A program made the translations under genes and the position numbers. The notes below the pieces were generated by a model that had not been told where the DNA came from, ran no database searches, and was given only the letters and a program-made list of their open reading frames with translations. A DNA stretch of 64,000 nt. Origin: Candidatus Latescibacterota bacterium. Lineage in GTDB: Bacteria > Latescibacterota > UBA2968 > GCA-2709665. Shown here piece after piece: positions 21,208-31,299 of the stretch (the stretch's first letter is position 1; the number at the start of each line of letters is the position of its first letter). The stretch spans positions 2,944,001-3,008,000 of the forward strand of contig OZ250150.1 of NCBI GenBank assembly GCA_965237675.1. The letters are read 5' to 3'.

Positions 21208-21641
21208 GGCAAGCGGGCCGGATGGCCGCGCCCTTATCAGTCCGTTGAAAAAGTTGCTCCGCAGACCGGATGGACTTTTTCAACGGGCTGTTATGGGTGA
21301 GGAAAGTCCGAGCTCCACAGGGCAGGATGCTGGGTAACCCCCAGTCGGGGAAACCCGAAGGAAAGTGCCACAGAGAACAGACCGCCAACGGGCGAGACTC
21401 CGGTCTCGCTGCGGGCAAGGGTGAAACGGCGGGGTAAGAGCCCACCGCGCTCCCGGAGACGGGAGCGGCACGGTAAACCCCATCCGGAGCAAGGCCAAAT
21501 AGGAGCGGAGAGACGGCCCGTCTCGTTATCACGCTCGGGTAGGCCGCGCAGAGGCGTCGGGCAACCGGCGTCCCAGATGAATGGCCATCCGTTCGGCGCC
21601 CGGCGCCGAACGACAGAACTCGGCTTACAGGCCCGCTTGCC
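21208..21641 (+). ncRNA. rnpB: RNase P RNA, class A
   Basis: GAGGAAAGTCCGAGCTC, GGAAAGTGCCACAGA, GGGTGAAACGG, GGTAAACCCC..GAGCAAG, ACAGAACTCGGCTTA; P1 pairs GGCAAGCGGGCC with GGCCCGCTTGCC. Confidence 0.97.
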
Positions 21642-21669
21642 TGATTTCACTCCCGTCCAGGAGCGGGGA

Positions 21670-22494
21670 ATGAGCTTTCACGAGAAATTTCGCCATGCGG
21701 TAGCCAGTCGGAACAGCCGGGTCTGCGTGGGCCTGGATCCCGATCCGGGCCGCCTGCCCGCCCACTTCAACGGAACCGCGGACCCGGTCTCGGCCTTTCT
21801 CAAAGAGATCATCACCGCCACGCAGGACCTCGTCTGCGCCTACAAACCCAACTTCGCCTTCTTCGGAGCGCTGGGACAGGCCGGGTGGCAGAGCCTCGAG
21901 GAAGTCATCCAGGCCATTCCGGACACCACGCCCGTTCTGCTCGATTTCAAAGCCGGCGACATCGGTAATACCGCCGCCCGTTACGCGCAAATGGCTTACG
22001 ACGCGCTCGGCGTCGACGCGGTCACTGTGAACCCGCTCATGGGTTTCGACGCCGTCGCCCCGTTTCTCAGCTACGGCGATCGCTGCGCCTTTCTGCTCTG
22101 CCTGACCTCCAACCCGGGCTCGGCCGATTTCCAGCTGCTTCCCACGCAGGACGGTCCCTTCTATCAACACGTTGCGAGAAAAGCGGTTAAATGGTCCGCC
22201 ACCGGCCCATGCGGCCTCGTGGTCGGCGCGACCCACGTTCGGGAACTCGCCCGGGTCAGGGACATCGCGCCGGAACTTCCCATCCTGGTCCCGGGCATCG
22301 GCGCCCAGATGGGGGATCCCGGCGCCGTGGTACGTCACGGCGCGGACAAGCGCGGCGGGGGTCTCCTGGTCAACGCATCCAGGAGCGTGCTCTACGCCTC
22401 TTCCGAACGGGACTTCGCGGACGCTGCCCGGCAGGCCGCCAACCAACTTCGCTGCAACCTGGCGCGGGAACGGTCGGTTTCGGAATGCGCTTGA
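21670..22494 (+). CDS. pyrF: Orotidine-5'-phosphate decarboxylase
   Basis: CVGLDP, YKPNFAFF, LDFKAGDIGNT, TSNPGS, LVPGIGAQ. Confidence 0.95.
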   Translation: MSFHEKFRHAVASRNSRVCVGLDPDPGRLPAHFNGTADPVSAFLKEIITATQDLVCAYKPNFAFFGALGQAGWQSLEEVIQAIPDTTPVLLDFKAGDIGNTAARYAQMAYDALGVDAVTVNPLMGFDAVAPFLSYGDRCAFLLCLTSNPGSADFQLLPTQDGPFYQHVARKAVKWSATGPCGLVVGATHVRELARVRDIAPELPILVPGIGAQMGDPGAVVRHGADKRGGGLLVNASRSVLYASSERDFADAARQAANQLRCNLARERSVSECA

Positions 22495-22548
22495 TCCGGC
22501 GTCGAATGGCAGGCATGCGCGTCCGGCTCGATCACAGGAGATCTCTTT

Positions 22549-23364
22549 ATGGAACGGCGCAGATTGACCGAGGAGCAGAAACAGCAGTGGGCGATAGACG
22601 GGTATATCGTCCTTAAGGGAGTACATTCCGCCGAGGAAACCGCAAACCTCAGGCGGGAGGTGGACCGGCTGCATCGGAAATATGTCCTCAATAACACCGA
22701 CGCGGACTCCAAATCCGGCCTCGACCGGCGAAACGTGTTGCCGGACGGCGACGCTTTCATCCGTCTGGTCGACCACCCCGTTGCGTTTGGCGCCATCGTG
22801 GAACTGATGGGTCCATATATCCAGCTGAGCATGGCCGAAGCCGTTGTGCGTCCGCCGAATCCAGGCTATAAAGGTTTTATACACACCGACGGCGGCCAGG
22901 CCCTGCGCCATATTCGCGTCACCGAAACAAGTTGGCCGCTCCAGCTCAAAATCCAGTACTTTCTCACCGACGTCAAGAAACCCGACTGCGGCAATTTCAC
23001 CATTTTCCCCGGCAGCCATCTGCGGCCCTACCCGGTGGGTGACGCGTCCATCACAGCCCGGACTCCGGGTGCGGTGCAACTTTGCGCGGAAGCGGGAGAC
23101 GCGGCCGTCTTTTCCCACGCCCTCTGGCACGGTGTGTCACCCAACCTGTCCAAACGTTCCCGTAAGACCCTCATATACTGCTATAGCCAGCAATGCTTCC
23201 GCACTTTTGATTTTAACGGCCATTCCCGCGACGTACTGGAAAAGTGCACGCCAAGGCAGCGACGCCTGCTGGGGGATCTGGGCAGAGACTGGCGCCCCGG
23301 CGCGTATTTCTACAGTCCCGAAGACCAGATTGAGATTATCGAGCAGGGGGCCGAAGTCGCCTGA
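22549..23364 (+). CDS. PhyH family Fe(II)/2-oxoglutarate dioxygenase
   Basis: DGYIVLK, HTD facial-triad motif, PGSH, AGDA..F...LWHG..N...R. Confidence 0.9.
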   Translation: MERRRLTEEQKQQWAIDGYIVLKGVHSAEETANLRREVDRLHRKYVLNNTDADSKSGLDRRNVLPDGDAFIRLVDHPVAFGAIVELMGPYIQLSMAEAVVRPPNPGYKGFIHTDGGQALRHIRVTETSWPLQLKIQYFLTDVKKPDCGNFTIFPGSHLRPYPVGDASITARTPGAVQLCAEAGDAAVFSHALWHGVSPNLSKRSRKTLIYCYSQQCFRTFDFNGHSRDVLEKCTPRQRRLLGDLGRDWRPGAYFYSPEDQIEIIEQGAEVA

Positions 23365-23431
23365 CGGCCATCCCCTGTGGGCGCGGTCGGTCCCGGGCCG
23401 CGCCGCCTGCCTCATACCGGTTTGAACGACG

Positions 23432-25342
23432 ATGCCGTTCATTCAGCTTGAAAACGTCCATAAGGCCTTTGGGGCCCACACCGTGCTGGCCGATCTCACG
23501 TGGAAGATTGAAGCGGGCGACCGTATCGGGCTGGTTGGCCGCAACGGTTGTGGAAAGACAACGCTCTTTCACCTGATCACAGGCCGTCTGCGGCCGGACG
23601 GGGGCGCGGTACATACCCGGCGGAATCTGAACGTCGGGTACCTGGCGCAGGACCCGGAATTGGAGGACGGATCCGCCGTACTCGAAACCGTGCTGGAGGC
23701 GTTCTCGGACGTACTCGAACTTCAACGCCGCCTGCTCGACCTCGAAGATCGATTGACCGCAAGCCACGAGCAGCCCGCCCTCCTGGAAGCATATGGACGT
23801 CTGCAGCATGCCTACGAAGCCCGGGACGGCTACGAGATTGAAGCCCGCGCAAAGGCCATCCTGTACGGGCTGGGTTTCACCCGCGCGGATTTCGAAACCT
23901 CCGTTTCACTGCTCAGCGGGGGTCAGAAGAACCGTCTCGCCCTTGCCCGCCTGCTCGCGAGTGAACCCGACCTGCTTCTTCTCGATGAACCCACCAACCA
24001 CCTGGACCTCCAGGCCATCGAATGGCTGGAGGCATTCCTGCCCGCATTCGACGGCGCGTTCGTCGTAGTCTCCCACGACCGGTATTTTTTGGACCGCACC
24101 ATCGATCGGATCGTTGAACTGGAGTACGGCGCGCTGGACGCGTTCGCGGGCAATTACAGCTTCTATACCGCTGAAAAACAACAGCGCATGGCAAGACGGC
24201 ACAAGGCCTTCGAGCGGCAACGGGAACATATCCGACAGACGGAAGACTATATTCGGCGGAACATCGCCGGGCAGAAAACAAAACAGGCCCAGAGCCGCAG
24301 AAAAGCCCTGAAGAAACTGGATAGGCTCGAACGACCTGGCAGTGAAAAGGAATTCAGGTTGCGATTTGCGTCCGGCGCGAGGGGCGGTAACCGGGTTGTA
24401 GAATTCGAGAAAACTTCGAAAGCCTACGGCGACAACGTCCTATTCAGGGATCTGAACCTGCTCGTCCGCCGCGGCGACCGCCTGGGCATCGTCGGACCCA
24501 ACGGTTCAGGCAAGTCTACCCTGCTGAAGCTGCTAACCGGCCGTATTACGCCGGATGGCGGAACCGTCAAGACCGGCTCTAAAATCCAGGTGGGCTATTA
24601 CGACCAGCACCTGGACGAACTCAACCCCGGCCGTACGCTGCAAGACGAAATCTGGGCGGTCACCCCCGACGCCTCCGTTGGAGAAATCCGAAGCGTTCTG
24701 GGCGCCTTCCTCTTTTCGGGCGATGACGTCGAGCGCAAAACAGGCAGCCTCAGCGGCGGGGAAAAAAGCAGGGTGGCCCTGGCCAAATTGATGAGGTCCG
24801 AAACCAATCTACTGGTTCTGGACGAACCCACCAATCATCTGGATATCCCGTCCAGAGATGTCCTGGAAGACGCCCTCAAGACCTACGACGGCACCATGAT
24901 CGCCGTCTCGCACGATCGCTACTTTCTCAATCTGATGGTCGACCGTTTGCTCGTACTCGGGAATGGCGGATGGGAACTGATCGAGGGCAATTACGAGGCC
25001 TGGCAACGTCAGCGCAACGAGGTGGAAGATCGGCCCGTCGAACGCTCGCTGGAGAAGTCCTCACAAAAGGCCGTGTATGAGCGGAACAGGGCCGACCGCC
25101 GGGCGCAGGAGGGGCGCGAGCGGCGCCTGCAAGCCATCGAAAAAGAGATCCTGGACCTCGAGGCGGAACTCGAACGCCTGGAGGGGCAACTTGCGCTTGA
25201 CGACCGGGCGTCGGATTGGCAGCACCTCCATTCGGTCTCCGAGGAACGCCAGCGAACCCAGACCCGGATCGAAGAATGCATTGCAGCGTGGGAAACGCTG
25301 GACGCGACGGAAACGAAGGGCGAGAAACGGAACTCGGACTGA
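23432..25342 (+). CDS. ABC-F family ATP-binding protein
   Basis: Two ABC domains (GRNGCGKT, GPNGSGKS, LSGG, DEPTNHLD), no TM segments, C-terminal coiled coil. Confidence 0.95.
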   Translation: MPFIQLENVHKAFGAHTVLADLTWKIEAGDRIGLVGRNGCGKTTLFHLITGRLRPDGGAVHTRRNLNVGYLAQDPELEDGSAVLETVLEAFSDVLELQRRLLDLEDRLTASHEQPALLEAYGRLQHAYEARDGYEIEARAKAILYGLGFTRADFETSVSLLSGGQKNRLALARLLASEPDLLLLDEPTNHLDLQAIEWLEAFLPAFDGAFVVVSHDRYFLDRTIDRIVELEYGALDAFAGNYSFYTAEKQQRMARRHKAFERQREHIRQTEDYIRRNIAGQKTKQAQSRRKALKKLDRLERPGSEKEFRLRFASGARGGNRVVEFEKTSKAYGDNVLFRDLNLLVRRGDRLGIVGPNGSGKSTLLKLLTGRITPDGGTVKTGSKIQVGYYDQHLDELNPGRTLQDEIWAVTPDASVGEIRSVLGAFLFSGDDVERKTGSLSGGEKSRVALAKLMRSETNLLVLDEPTNHLDIPSRDVLEDALKTYDGTMIAVSHDRYFLNLMVDRLLVLGNGGWELIEGNYEAWQRQRNEVEDRPVERSLEKSSQKAVYERNRADRRAQEGRERRLQAIEKEILDLEAELERLEGQLALDDRASDWQHLHSVSEERQRTQTRIEECIAAWETLDATETKGEKRNSD

Positions 25343-25534
25343 ACCGGTACGGGAAAGATGAGTCGGCATCGCCTTTAACAGCCAGTCTGCCGTCGCAACG
25401 TGTCGGCATTTTTTCCGTTTGATTCCATCTTTGGGCCGTTGATACGAGGCGTACGAAACACGGCAAGACCGAATCGGTCTATCCAGGATTCCATAGACGA
25501 TTTTTCCGATCTCCGTATGATGTTCGATCGTTCC

Positions 25535-27559
25535 ATGATGGCGGCCGCCGAATTCGAATTCGTGGTTCTGGCGGACACTCACTACATGCTCGATCCGGGC
25601 GGCCGCGCGCTGGAGTTCGAATCCCGCCGCAAGCAGACCGCCAGAGCGGACGCGGCGCTCAATCTGGCGGCGTCTCTGGGCGCCGACTTCATCGTGCACA
25701 TGGGCGACCTGGTCCAGGAATACCCCGAGACCCGGCGCCACAAGGAGGCGATCGACAAGGCACGGGAGCAACTGGCGCGGCTGGAAGCGGAGGTTTTCCA
25801 CGTCGCCGGCAACCACGACGTCGGCGACAAACCCGATCCAACCATGCCCACCCGGCCCGTCACGGCGGAGTCCCTGAAGCGGTATCAAGACCATTTGGGG
25901 CCTTCCTGGTATAGCTTCGACCGCCACGGATGTCACTTTGTCGTGGTCAATTCCCAGATACTCAACACCGGCCTGCCCGAATCTCAGAGTCAGCGTGACT
26001 GGTTGGAACGCGACCTCGAATCCTATCCGCGTCAACGGGTTTTTCTCTTTCTCCACCTGCCGCCCTTCCTGGAACGGCCGGACGAACCGCACCTGGGCAA
26101 CTACGACAATATCGGCCAGCCCGACAGGTGTTGGATACTCGACCTGATCAGCAGGTACAGGGTGGAAGCGGTCTGCGCCGCGCACGTCCACTTCGCGTTC
26201 TTGAACCGAATCGAGTCGACCCGAATCTACAATGTGCCGTCGACCTCCTTCGTGCGCCCCGGCTTCAGCCACCTGTTCACCGGTCCTCCGCCGCCCGAGC
26301 AGGGCAGGGACGACGCGCCCAAACTGGGTTTCTATCTGTTCCGCGTTTTCCGCGAAAGGACCGACGTGCACTTCATCCGGACCGGGGGTGCGCTTGGCCT
26401 GGAAGAAGCCGCGCCCGGCGCCCCGAAACGACTGCTCACCCGGGCTTCGGCGGGCATTCCCGGCGGCGCCCTCGGCCTCACCCTTCTGCATCCCCTCGCG
26501 CCACGAACTGAAGTCCCGGTCGCATTTCCCAGCGTCGTCCGGCAGCGCGTCAGAAACGACTATCCACTGCTCGCCGGCGTGGAAATCGGCGTAACCGCCG
26601 TTCGATTCCCGGCCTCCGATCTTGAAGATTCCAATCAGCGGGAACGACTCAAAATTCTTCGCGACGAGGGTCCGCGGCTCACGGCGATGCTGCCCGCGTC
26701 CTGTGAGGCGGATCTGTTGCCGTCCGTCCGGCGGCACGCGGATATCGTCGACGCTTGGGAAGTTCAGATACCCGGGGCCCTCCTGCCGTCCGACGACCTC
26801 ACCCGAGCGCTCGCGGCCTGCGGCAAAGAAGCCTCCACGCGTTTCACGCTTTCACCCATCCTCCCGGGAGAGGTCCGTCCCGGCAAACAGCACCCCCGCA
26901 CCAGAATCGGATACCTTCCTGGCGAATTGCCTGAACTGAACCTCCACCTGGCCGGACGGGACGTCTGCATCGACCGGGTCCTTTGCCGTGTTGACGCGAC
27001 CGACCCGTGGAAAACCGCTCAGGGTCTCCTGGACATCGGCGCCCTCAGCCACGTCAAAGGCGTGGACCTTGCCGTGGCCCTCACCTCCTGCGACGACGTG
27101 TTGAATGCCAATGTGGCGGCAGAATCCCTCTTTTGCGCCGCCCTGTTGCCGGGTGCTCGCGTCTACTTCGAGCCCTATATCGACCTGGACCGGACCCTGG
27201 ACGTGGCCCACGGTCTTCTGGATACGTCATGCAACCCACGCCCCGCCTTTCACGCGCTGCGATGCCTAAATACGGTGCTTTTTCACGAGGCGACTGTCCG
27301 CCCGGTTCCCGGAGGAATCGACCTGCCCGGAGCCAGGATTCGGACCCTGACCGCCCCGGCCAGTTTTCATGCCCTGATCACCTCCCGGAGCGGCGAGCTT
27401 CCGGATCCAGGCGGCCTCGCGTTTCCCGGTATTTCACTGGACGCCAGGTTTCTTCTCTACCGCCTTGCCGAGGGCACCGTCCAGAACGGTTCACTCGAAC
27501 GGCTCCTTGAAACCTCGAGAGGTTATTTACCGCCTCTGCTATTGACATCCTGCCCGTAA
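25535..27559 (+). CDS. Calcineurin-like metallophosphoesterase with unknown C-terminal domain
   Basis: ADTH, GDL, GNHD, AHVH motifs; start uncertain (ORF open from 25400). Confidence 0.85.
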   Translation: MMAAAEFEFVVLADTHYMLDPGGRALEFESRRKQTARADAALNLAASLGADFIVHMGDLVQEYPETRRHKEAIDKAREQLARLEAEVFHVAGNHDVGDKPDPTMPTRPVTAESLKRYQDHLGPSWYSFDRHGCHFVVVNSQILNTGLPESQSQRDWLERDLESYPRQRVFLFLHLPPFLERPDEPHLGNYDNIGQPDRCWILDLISRYRVEAVCAAHVHFAFLNRIESTRIYNVPSTSFVRPGFSHLFTGPPPPEQGRDDAPKLGFYLFRVFRERTDVHFIRTGGALGLEEAAPGAPKRLLTRASAGIPGGALGLTLLHPLAPRTEVPVAFPSVVRQRVRNDYPLLAGVEIGVTAVRFPASDLEDSNQRERLKILRDEGPRLTAMLPASCEADLLPSVRRHADIVDAWEVQIPGALLPSDDLTRALAACGKEASTRFTLSPILPGEVRPGKQHPRTRIGYLPGELPELNLHLAGRDVCIDRVLCRVDATDPWKTAQGLLDIGALSHVKGVDLAVALTSCDDVLNANVAAESLFCAALLPGARVYFEPYIDLDRTLDVAHGLLDTSCNPRPAFHALRCLNTVLFHEATVRPVPGGIDLPGARIRTLTAPASFHALITSRSGELPDPGGLAFPGISLDARFLLYRLAEGTVQNGSLERLLETSRGYLPPLLLTSCP

Positions 27560-27690
27560 TGCTCCCGCCTATTGGGTTGACATTTCCCTGGATTCTATAC
27601 ATCTTTTCTGGCGCAACGGGTCCGCAAATTCTCTTTGGACTGCGATCCGCCGCCTTCCGAATTGCCGCATAAATAACGAGGTTTCGTCCA

Positions 27691-28488
27691 ATGGGGAAAA
27701 CGCTTCGCGTCTGTCTTGCCGCCCTCAAACAGCGGCCCTCCGTACCCGAGGGCGTGGAGAAACTGGTTGCGGTTCTGCGGGAATGTCAGAAGCAAAAAGT
27801 GGATATCGTCTGCACGCCGGAGACCTACCTGCCGGGCCTTCGAGGCGCGTCGTTCGATCTGCCCGAACCGGATCAACCTGCCATGGCGCAGGCCCTGAAA
27901 GACCTTCGAGCCGCCTGCCGCGCCACCGGCGTTGCCGCTATCGCCGGCATGGAGTGGCAGTCCGAACTCGGGCTGGAAAACCGGGCTTTTGTTATCTCCC
28001 CGGCAGGCCGGGTACTCGGCCACCAGACCAAAAACCAGATCACCCCCGGTGGCGAGTCGGAGAACTACGTGCCGGACGGGCAGCGAAGGGTGTTTGCCGT
28101 ACAGGGTGTCAAATTCGGGATTTCAATCTGCCACGAAGGCTGGCGCTACCCGGAAACCGTGCGCTGGCCCGCCCTGCGGGGCGCGCGGATCGTCTTTCAA
28201 CCGCAGGTCACCGGCAGAGACGAAAAAGGACAAGAGCTCAAGAACTGGGGCGAATCCTTCTACGAGAAGGCCATGCAGTGCCGCGCCGGGGAGAACAACA
28301 TCTTCTTTGCCAGCGTAAACCAGGCCATGAAAGGCCAGAACTCCGCCACCAGCCTCATCGACCCCCAGGGCAATCTCATCGAATACGTCCCTTACGGAAA
28401 AGAAAAGCTTCTTATCGCAGACCTGGAGATCGAAAGAGCCACCCGGTTCTACACCAGGCGGTACCGGTCCGAACTCTACCCCGCTTAG
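27691..28488 (+). CDS. Carbon-nitrogen hydrolase family protein
   Basis: PE, K, ICHE catalytic-triad context. Confidence 0.9.
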   Translation: MGKTLRVCLAALKQRPSVPEGVEKLVAVLRECQKQKVDIVCTPETYLPGLRGASFDLPEPDQPAMAQALKDLRAACRATGVAAIAGMEWQSELGLENRAFVISPAGRVLGHQTKNQITPGGESENYVPDGQRRVFAVQGVKFGISICHEGWRYPETVRWPALRGARIVFQPQVTGRDEKGQELKNWGESFYEKAMQCRAGENNIFFASVNQAMKGQNSATSLIDPQGNLIEYVPYGKEKLLIADLEIERATRFYTRRYRSELYPA

Positions 28489-28649
28489 TGTTCCGACCCG
28501 GAAATAGATTGCCGAAATTCGGCCGCCGAGTCGCCCGGCTGGCAAGACGCCTGAGCGAGGCGACCTGGACAAGGTCGGCAAGCAAAGGCAACGCGGCCAG
28601 ACGGGATGAATCGGCGGATGAACGGTGACATATTTCTGGGACGGGACAC
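28488..28649. mobile_element. IS630-derived MITE (~162 bp)
   Basis: Right end reverse-complements to AGTGTCCCGTCCCAGAAATA, identical to the IS end at 13289-13308; left end GTGTTCCGACCCGGAAATAG preceded by TA. Confidence 0.8.
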
Positions 28650-28672
28650 TTTCCCATTCCGGAGGAAAACTC

Positions 28673-30010
28673 ATGTCAAAGGGCAGCCTTGTGTTGTTCG
28701 GTATCTGCCTCTCGCTGCTCGCGAGCAGCGGCGTCCACGCTCAGGAAACCTCGCCGGTCGACTTCAATGGAGACGGCGAAGTCAACTTCGCGGATTTCAT
28801 CGCCTTCGCCCGGGGATTCGGCAAGACCGATCAGGATGCGGACTTCGACGCCAGGCTGGACCTCAATAACAACGGTGCAGTCGACTTCCAGGATTTCATC
28901 CTCTTCGCGCGGCAATTCGGCGTCTCAGGACCACCGGCAGATGACGGGGACCGTGAACCATTTGACCCGCCGCGCATCTATATCGCGGACTTTCGAGCAG
29001 ATAGGGTCTACGTGGTGGATGCGGAAACGAATTTTTACGATCCTGCCCTCTCGGCCGTCCTAAGCCAGCCTCGCGGCGTTATTTACTCATATCTTAACCG
29101 GCGAATCTACGTTGCCGGCCAGGATTCTTTCTATGCGCTCACCGAATCCAGCGAGATCGACTACCGGTTGCCGCTCCGGGACCCGCCTGAATCGCCGGGC
29201 TCCCGCGGGAACTCGCGAGGCGGCTTCCGCATGGCGCTTTCGCCGGACCATCGGCTTGCCTACGTTACCGAAGACATAGCTAGTCAGGTCGAAGTCATCG
29301 ATATCAAAAACGCCGAATCCGTCGCGCTTATTCCGCTGTCATATAAGCCCAGTGGCATCGCTATATCTCCCGACGGCGACGCCATCTACGTAGGACATTG
29401 GTCCAGACCGTGGATCTCCGTTATCGACGGTCCAGGACAGGCGCTAGCGGACAGTATCCGACTCGACGGACGGGGCAACGGGCGGTGCATCGCGTCTCCG
29501 GAGGGCGACAGGATCTATACCTCCACAACCCAGGGGGGCGACGATCCGGCGGTTCAGATCGTATCGATTGACCCGGTGACTAAAGAGGTTGTCGACATGC
29601 TGGAGGTTGCCCCGGATTCAACGACGATCGTGTACGACCTTAAAGCCTCCAGGGACGGACGGAAGCTCTATGCAACCGTTAGGCGGTTGTTTCTGGCGCC
29701 TACGGAACGGTTCGGCGTAGTGATAGAGGGCTATTTCTGGACCGTGGATTCAGCCACTCTTAAAAAAACGAGCGAAATCCGGGTCGAAGGGGAAGCCGTG
29801 AATTTCGGGGTCTCGCGGGACGACAAGACCGCATACGTCGCAGTCGTCGATCCATTTACGGGCGTGCTTGGACTCACGATTCTGGACCTGGAAAACAACG
29901 CGGTACTTGGTGCGGTTCCTGTGACCTTTCTGTCGGCGTTCGAGATCAGGGCCTACGGCGGCAAGGCGGCGTTCGGCCGCACGGCCGTTCCCGAAATAAC
30001 CATCTTCTGA
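28673..30010 (+). CDS. Exported protein: dockerin/EF-hand pair plus YVTN/YncE-like beta-propeller
   Basis: Signal peptide; DFNGDGEVNFADF and DLNNNGAVDFQDF; SPDG/SRDG propeller repeats. Confidence 0.85.
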   Translation: MSKGSLVLFGICLSLLASSGVHAQETSPVDFNGDGEVNFADFIAFARGFGKTDQDADFDARLDLNNNGAVDFQDFILFARQFGVSGPPADDGDREPFDPPRIYIADFRADRVYVVDAETNFYDPALSAVLSQPRGVIYSYLNRRIYVAGQDSFYALTESSEIDYRLPLRDPPESPGSRGNSRGGFRMALSPDHRLAYVTEDIASQVEVIDIKNAESVALIPLSYKPSGIAISPDGDAIYVGHWSRPWISVIDGPGQALADSIRLDGRGNGRCIASPEGDRIYTSTTQGGDDPAVQIVSIDPVTKEVVDMLEVAPDSTTIVYDLKASRDGRKLYATVRRLFLAPTERFGVVIEGYFWTVDSATLKKTSEIRVEGEAVNFGVSRDDKTAYVAVVDPFTGVLGLTILDLENNAVLGAVPVTFLSAFEIRAYGGKAAFGRTAVPEITIF

Positions 30011-30243
30011 ATCGGCGGTCAAAGGACGACGGCCGACGTCGGACGTCTGCCCGTATCCGAAACGCGGATCCTCTCGTCCCATCACGGCGCTTTCGGTTCG
30101 TGTGTTCTCGCGGTGTGAACCCGGCCGTACATGCGAGATTTGTCAATCGAAACTCCTTGCATACCGCACCGATTTCACTTAGATTTCACATTAGAACATC
30201 ATTGAACATGGCGCGTCACCTTTATTGGAAAGGAGCGAGAACC

Positions 30244-31299
30244 ATGCTTTCATCGCTTCTTCTTGAGCCCGGCCGTCTCGAACTGCGCGACGTCGACATT
30301 CCCAGCGCAGGTCCTGGCGAGGTGGTCGTCCGGGTGCGATCCGCACTGACGTGCGGTACCGAATTGAAGACGTTCCGCCGCGGCCACCCGAAGATTCCCA
30401 CGCCAACACCGCTGGGTCATGAGTTCTCGGGCGATATCTACGAAGTCGGTAAGGGCGTTTCCAAGTTCAAGGTTGGCGACCAGGTCATGACCGCGCCCAC
30501 AGCGCCGTGCGGCAAGTGCGTGTACTGTCTGAAGTCGCAGGAGAACCTCTGCCGGTACGCCATCGACGAGATGGTTTTCGGCGCCTTCGCGGAATACGTA
30601 CGTGTGCCGGCTCACGTCGTCCAGAACAACATGTACAAAAAGCCCGCGGATCTTTCCTACGAAGAGGCCGCGATGCTGGAGCCCCTCGCGTGCGTGGTCT
30701 ACGGCATGGATCAGGTGAGTATGGGGCCGGACGCCACGGTGCTCATCATCGGCGCGGGCGCGATCGGATTGATGCACACGGCCGTCGTGCGGGCTTTCGG
30801 CGCAAAGCGCGTCATTGTCGCCGGCAGGCGCGAATACCGGCTCAGACTCGCCAGCACGCTCGGCGCGGACGAAATTATCGACGTGGATGCGGAAAACGCG
30901 ATCGAACGCGTTACGGAAATAACCGGCGGCATCGGCGCGGACCTGGTGATCGAGTGCACCGGCCAACTCGCCGTCTGGGAGAGCACGCCCGACCTGGTCG
31001 CCAAGGGCGGCACCGTGGTCCTCTTTGGCGGCCTGCCCAAGGGAACGCGCGCCACCTTCGACACTGCCAGGTTGCACTACGATCAGATCACCCTCAAGGG
31101 TGTGTTCCACTACAGTCGCAGCGCCGTGAAAAAGGCCTATAGCATGTTGGTCGAGAAAAAGATCCACCTCAACGGCCTGATTTCGGGCACCTATTCCCTG
31201 TCCGACCTCAAACACGTCTTCGAGCTTCTCCTGAAAAAGGGCAACGACGTCAAATTCGCGGTCGTGCCCTCCGAACCGAGCACGGAAAAAGCCGGATGA
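30244..31299 (+). CDS. Zinc-binding (MDR) sugar-alcohol dehydrogenase-like
   Basis: CGTE, GHE, CGKCVYC......C, GAGAIG. Confidence 0.92.
   Translation: MLSSLLLEPGRLELRDVDIPSAGPGEVVVRVRSALTCGTELKTFRRGHPKIPTPTPLGHEFSGDIYEVGKGVSKFKVGDQVMTAPTAPCGKCVYCLKSQENLCRYAIDEMVFGAFAEYVRVPAHVVQNNMYKKPADLSYEEAAMLEPLACVVYGMDQVSMGPDATVLIIGAGAIGLMHTAVVRAFGAKRVIVAGRREYRLRLASTLGADEIIDVDAENAIERVTEITGGIGADLVIECTGQLAVWESTPDLVAKGGTVVLFGGLPKGTRATFDTARLHYDQITLKGVFHYSRSAVKKAYSMLVEKKIHLNGLISGTYSLSDLKHVFELLLKKGNDVKFAVVPSEPSTEKAG

Noticed and set aside
21197-21669. ORFs 21197-21532, 21291-21650 and the 5' extension of pyrF
   Set aside because: They overlap RNase P RNA; pyrF has an RBS and ATG at 21670
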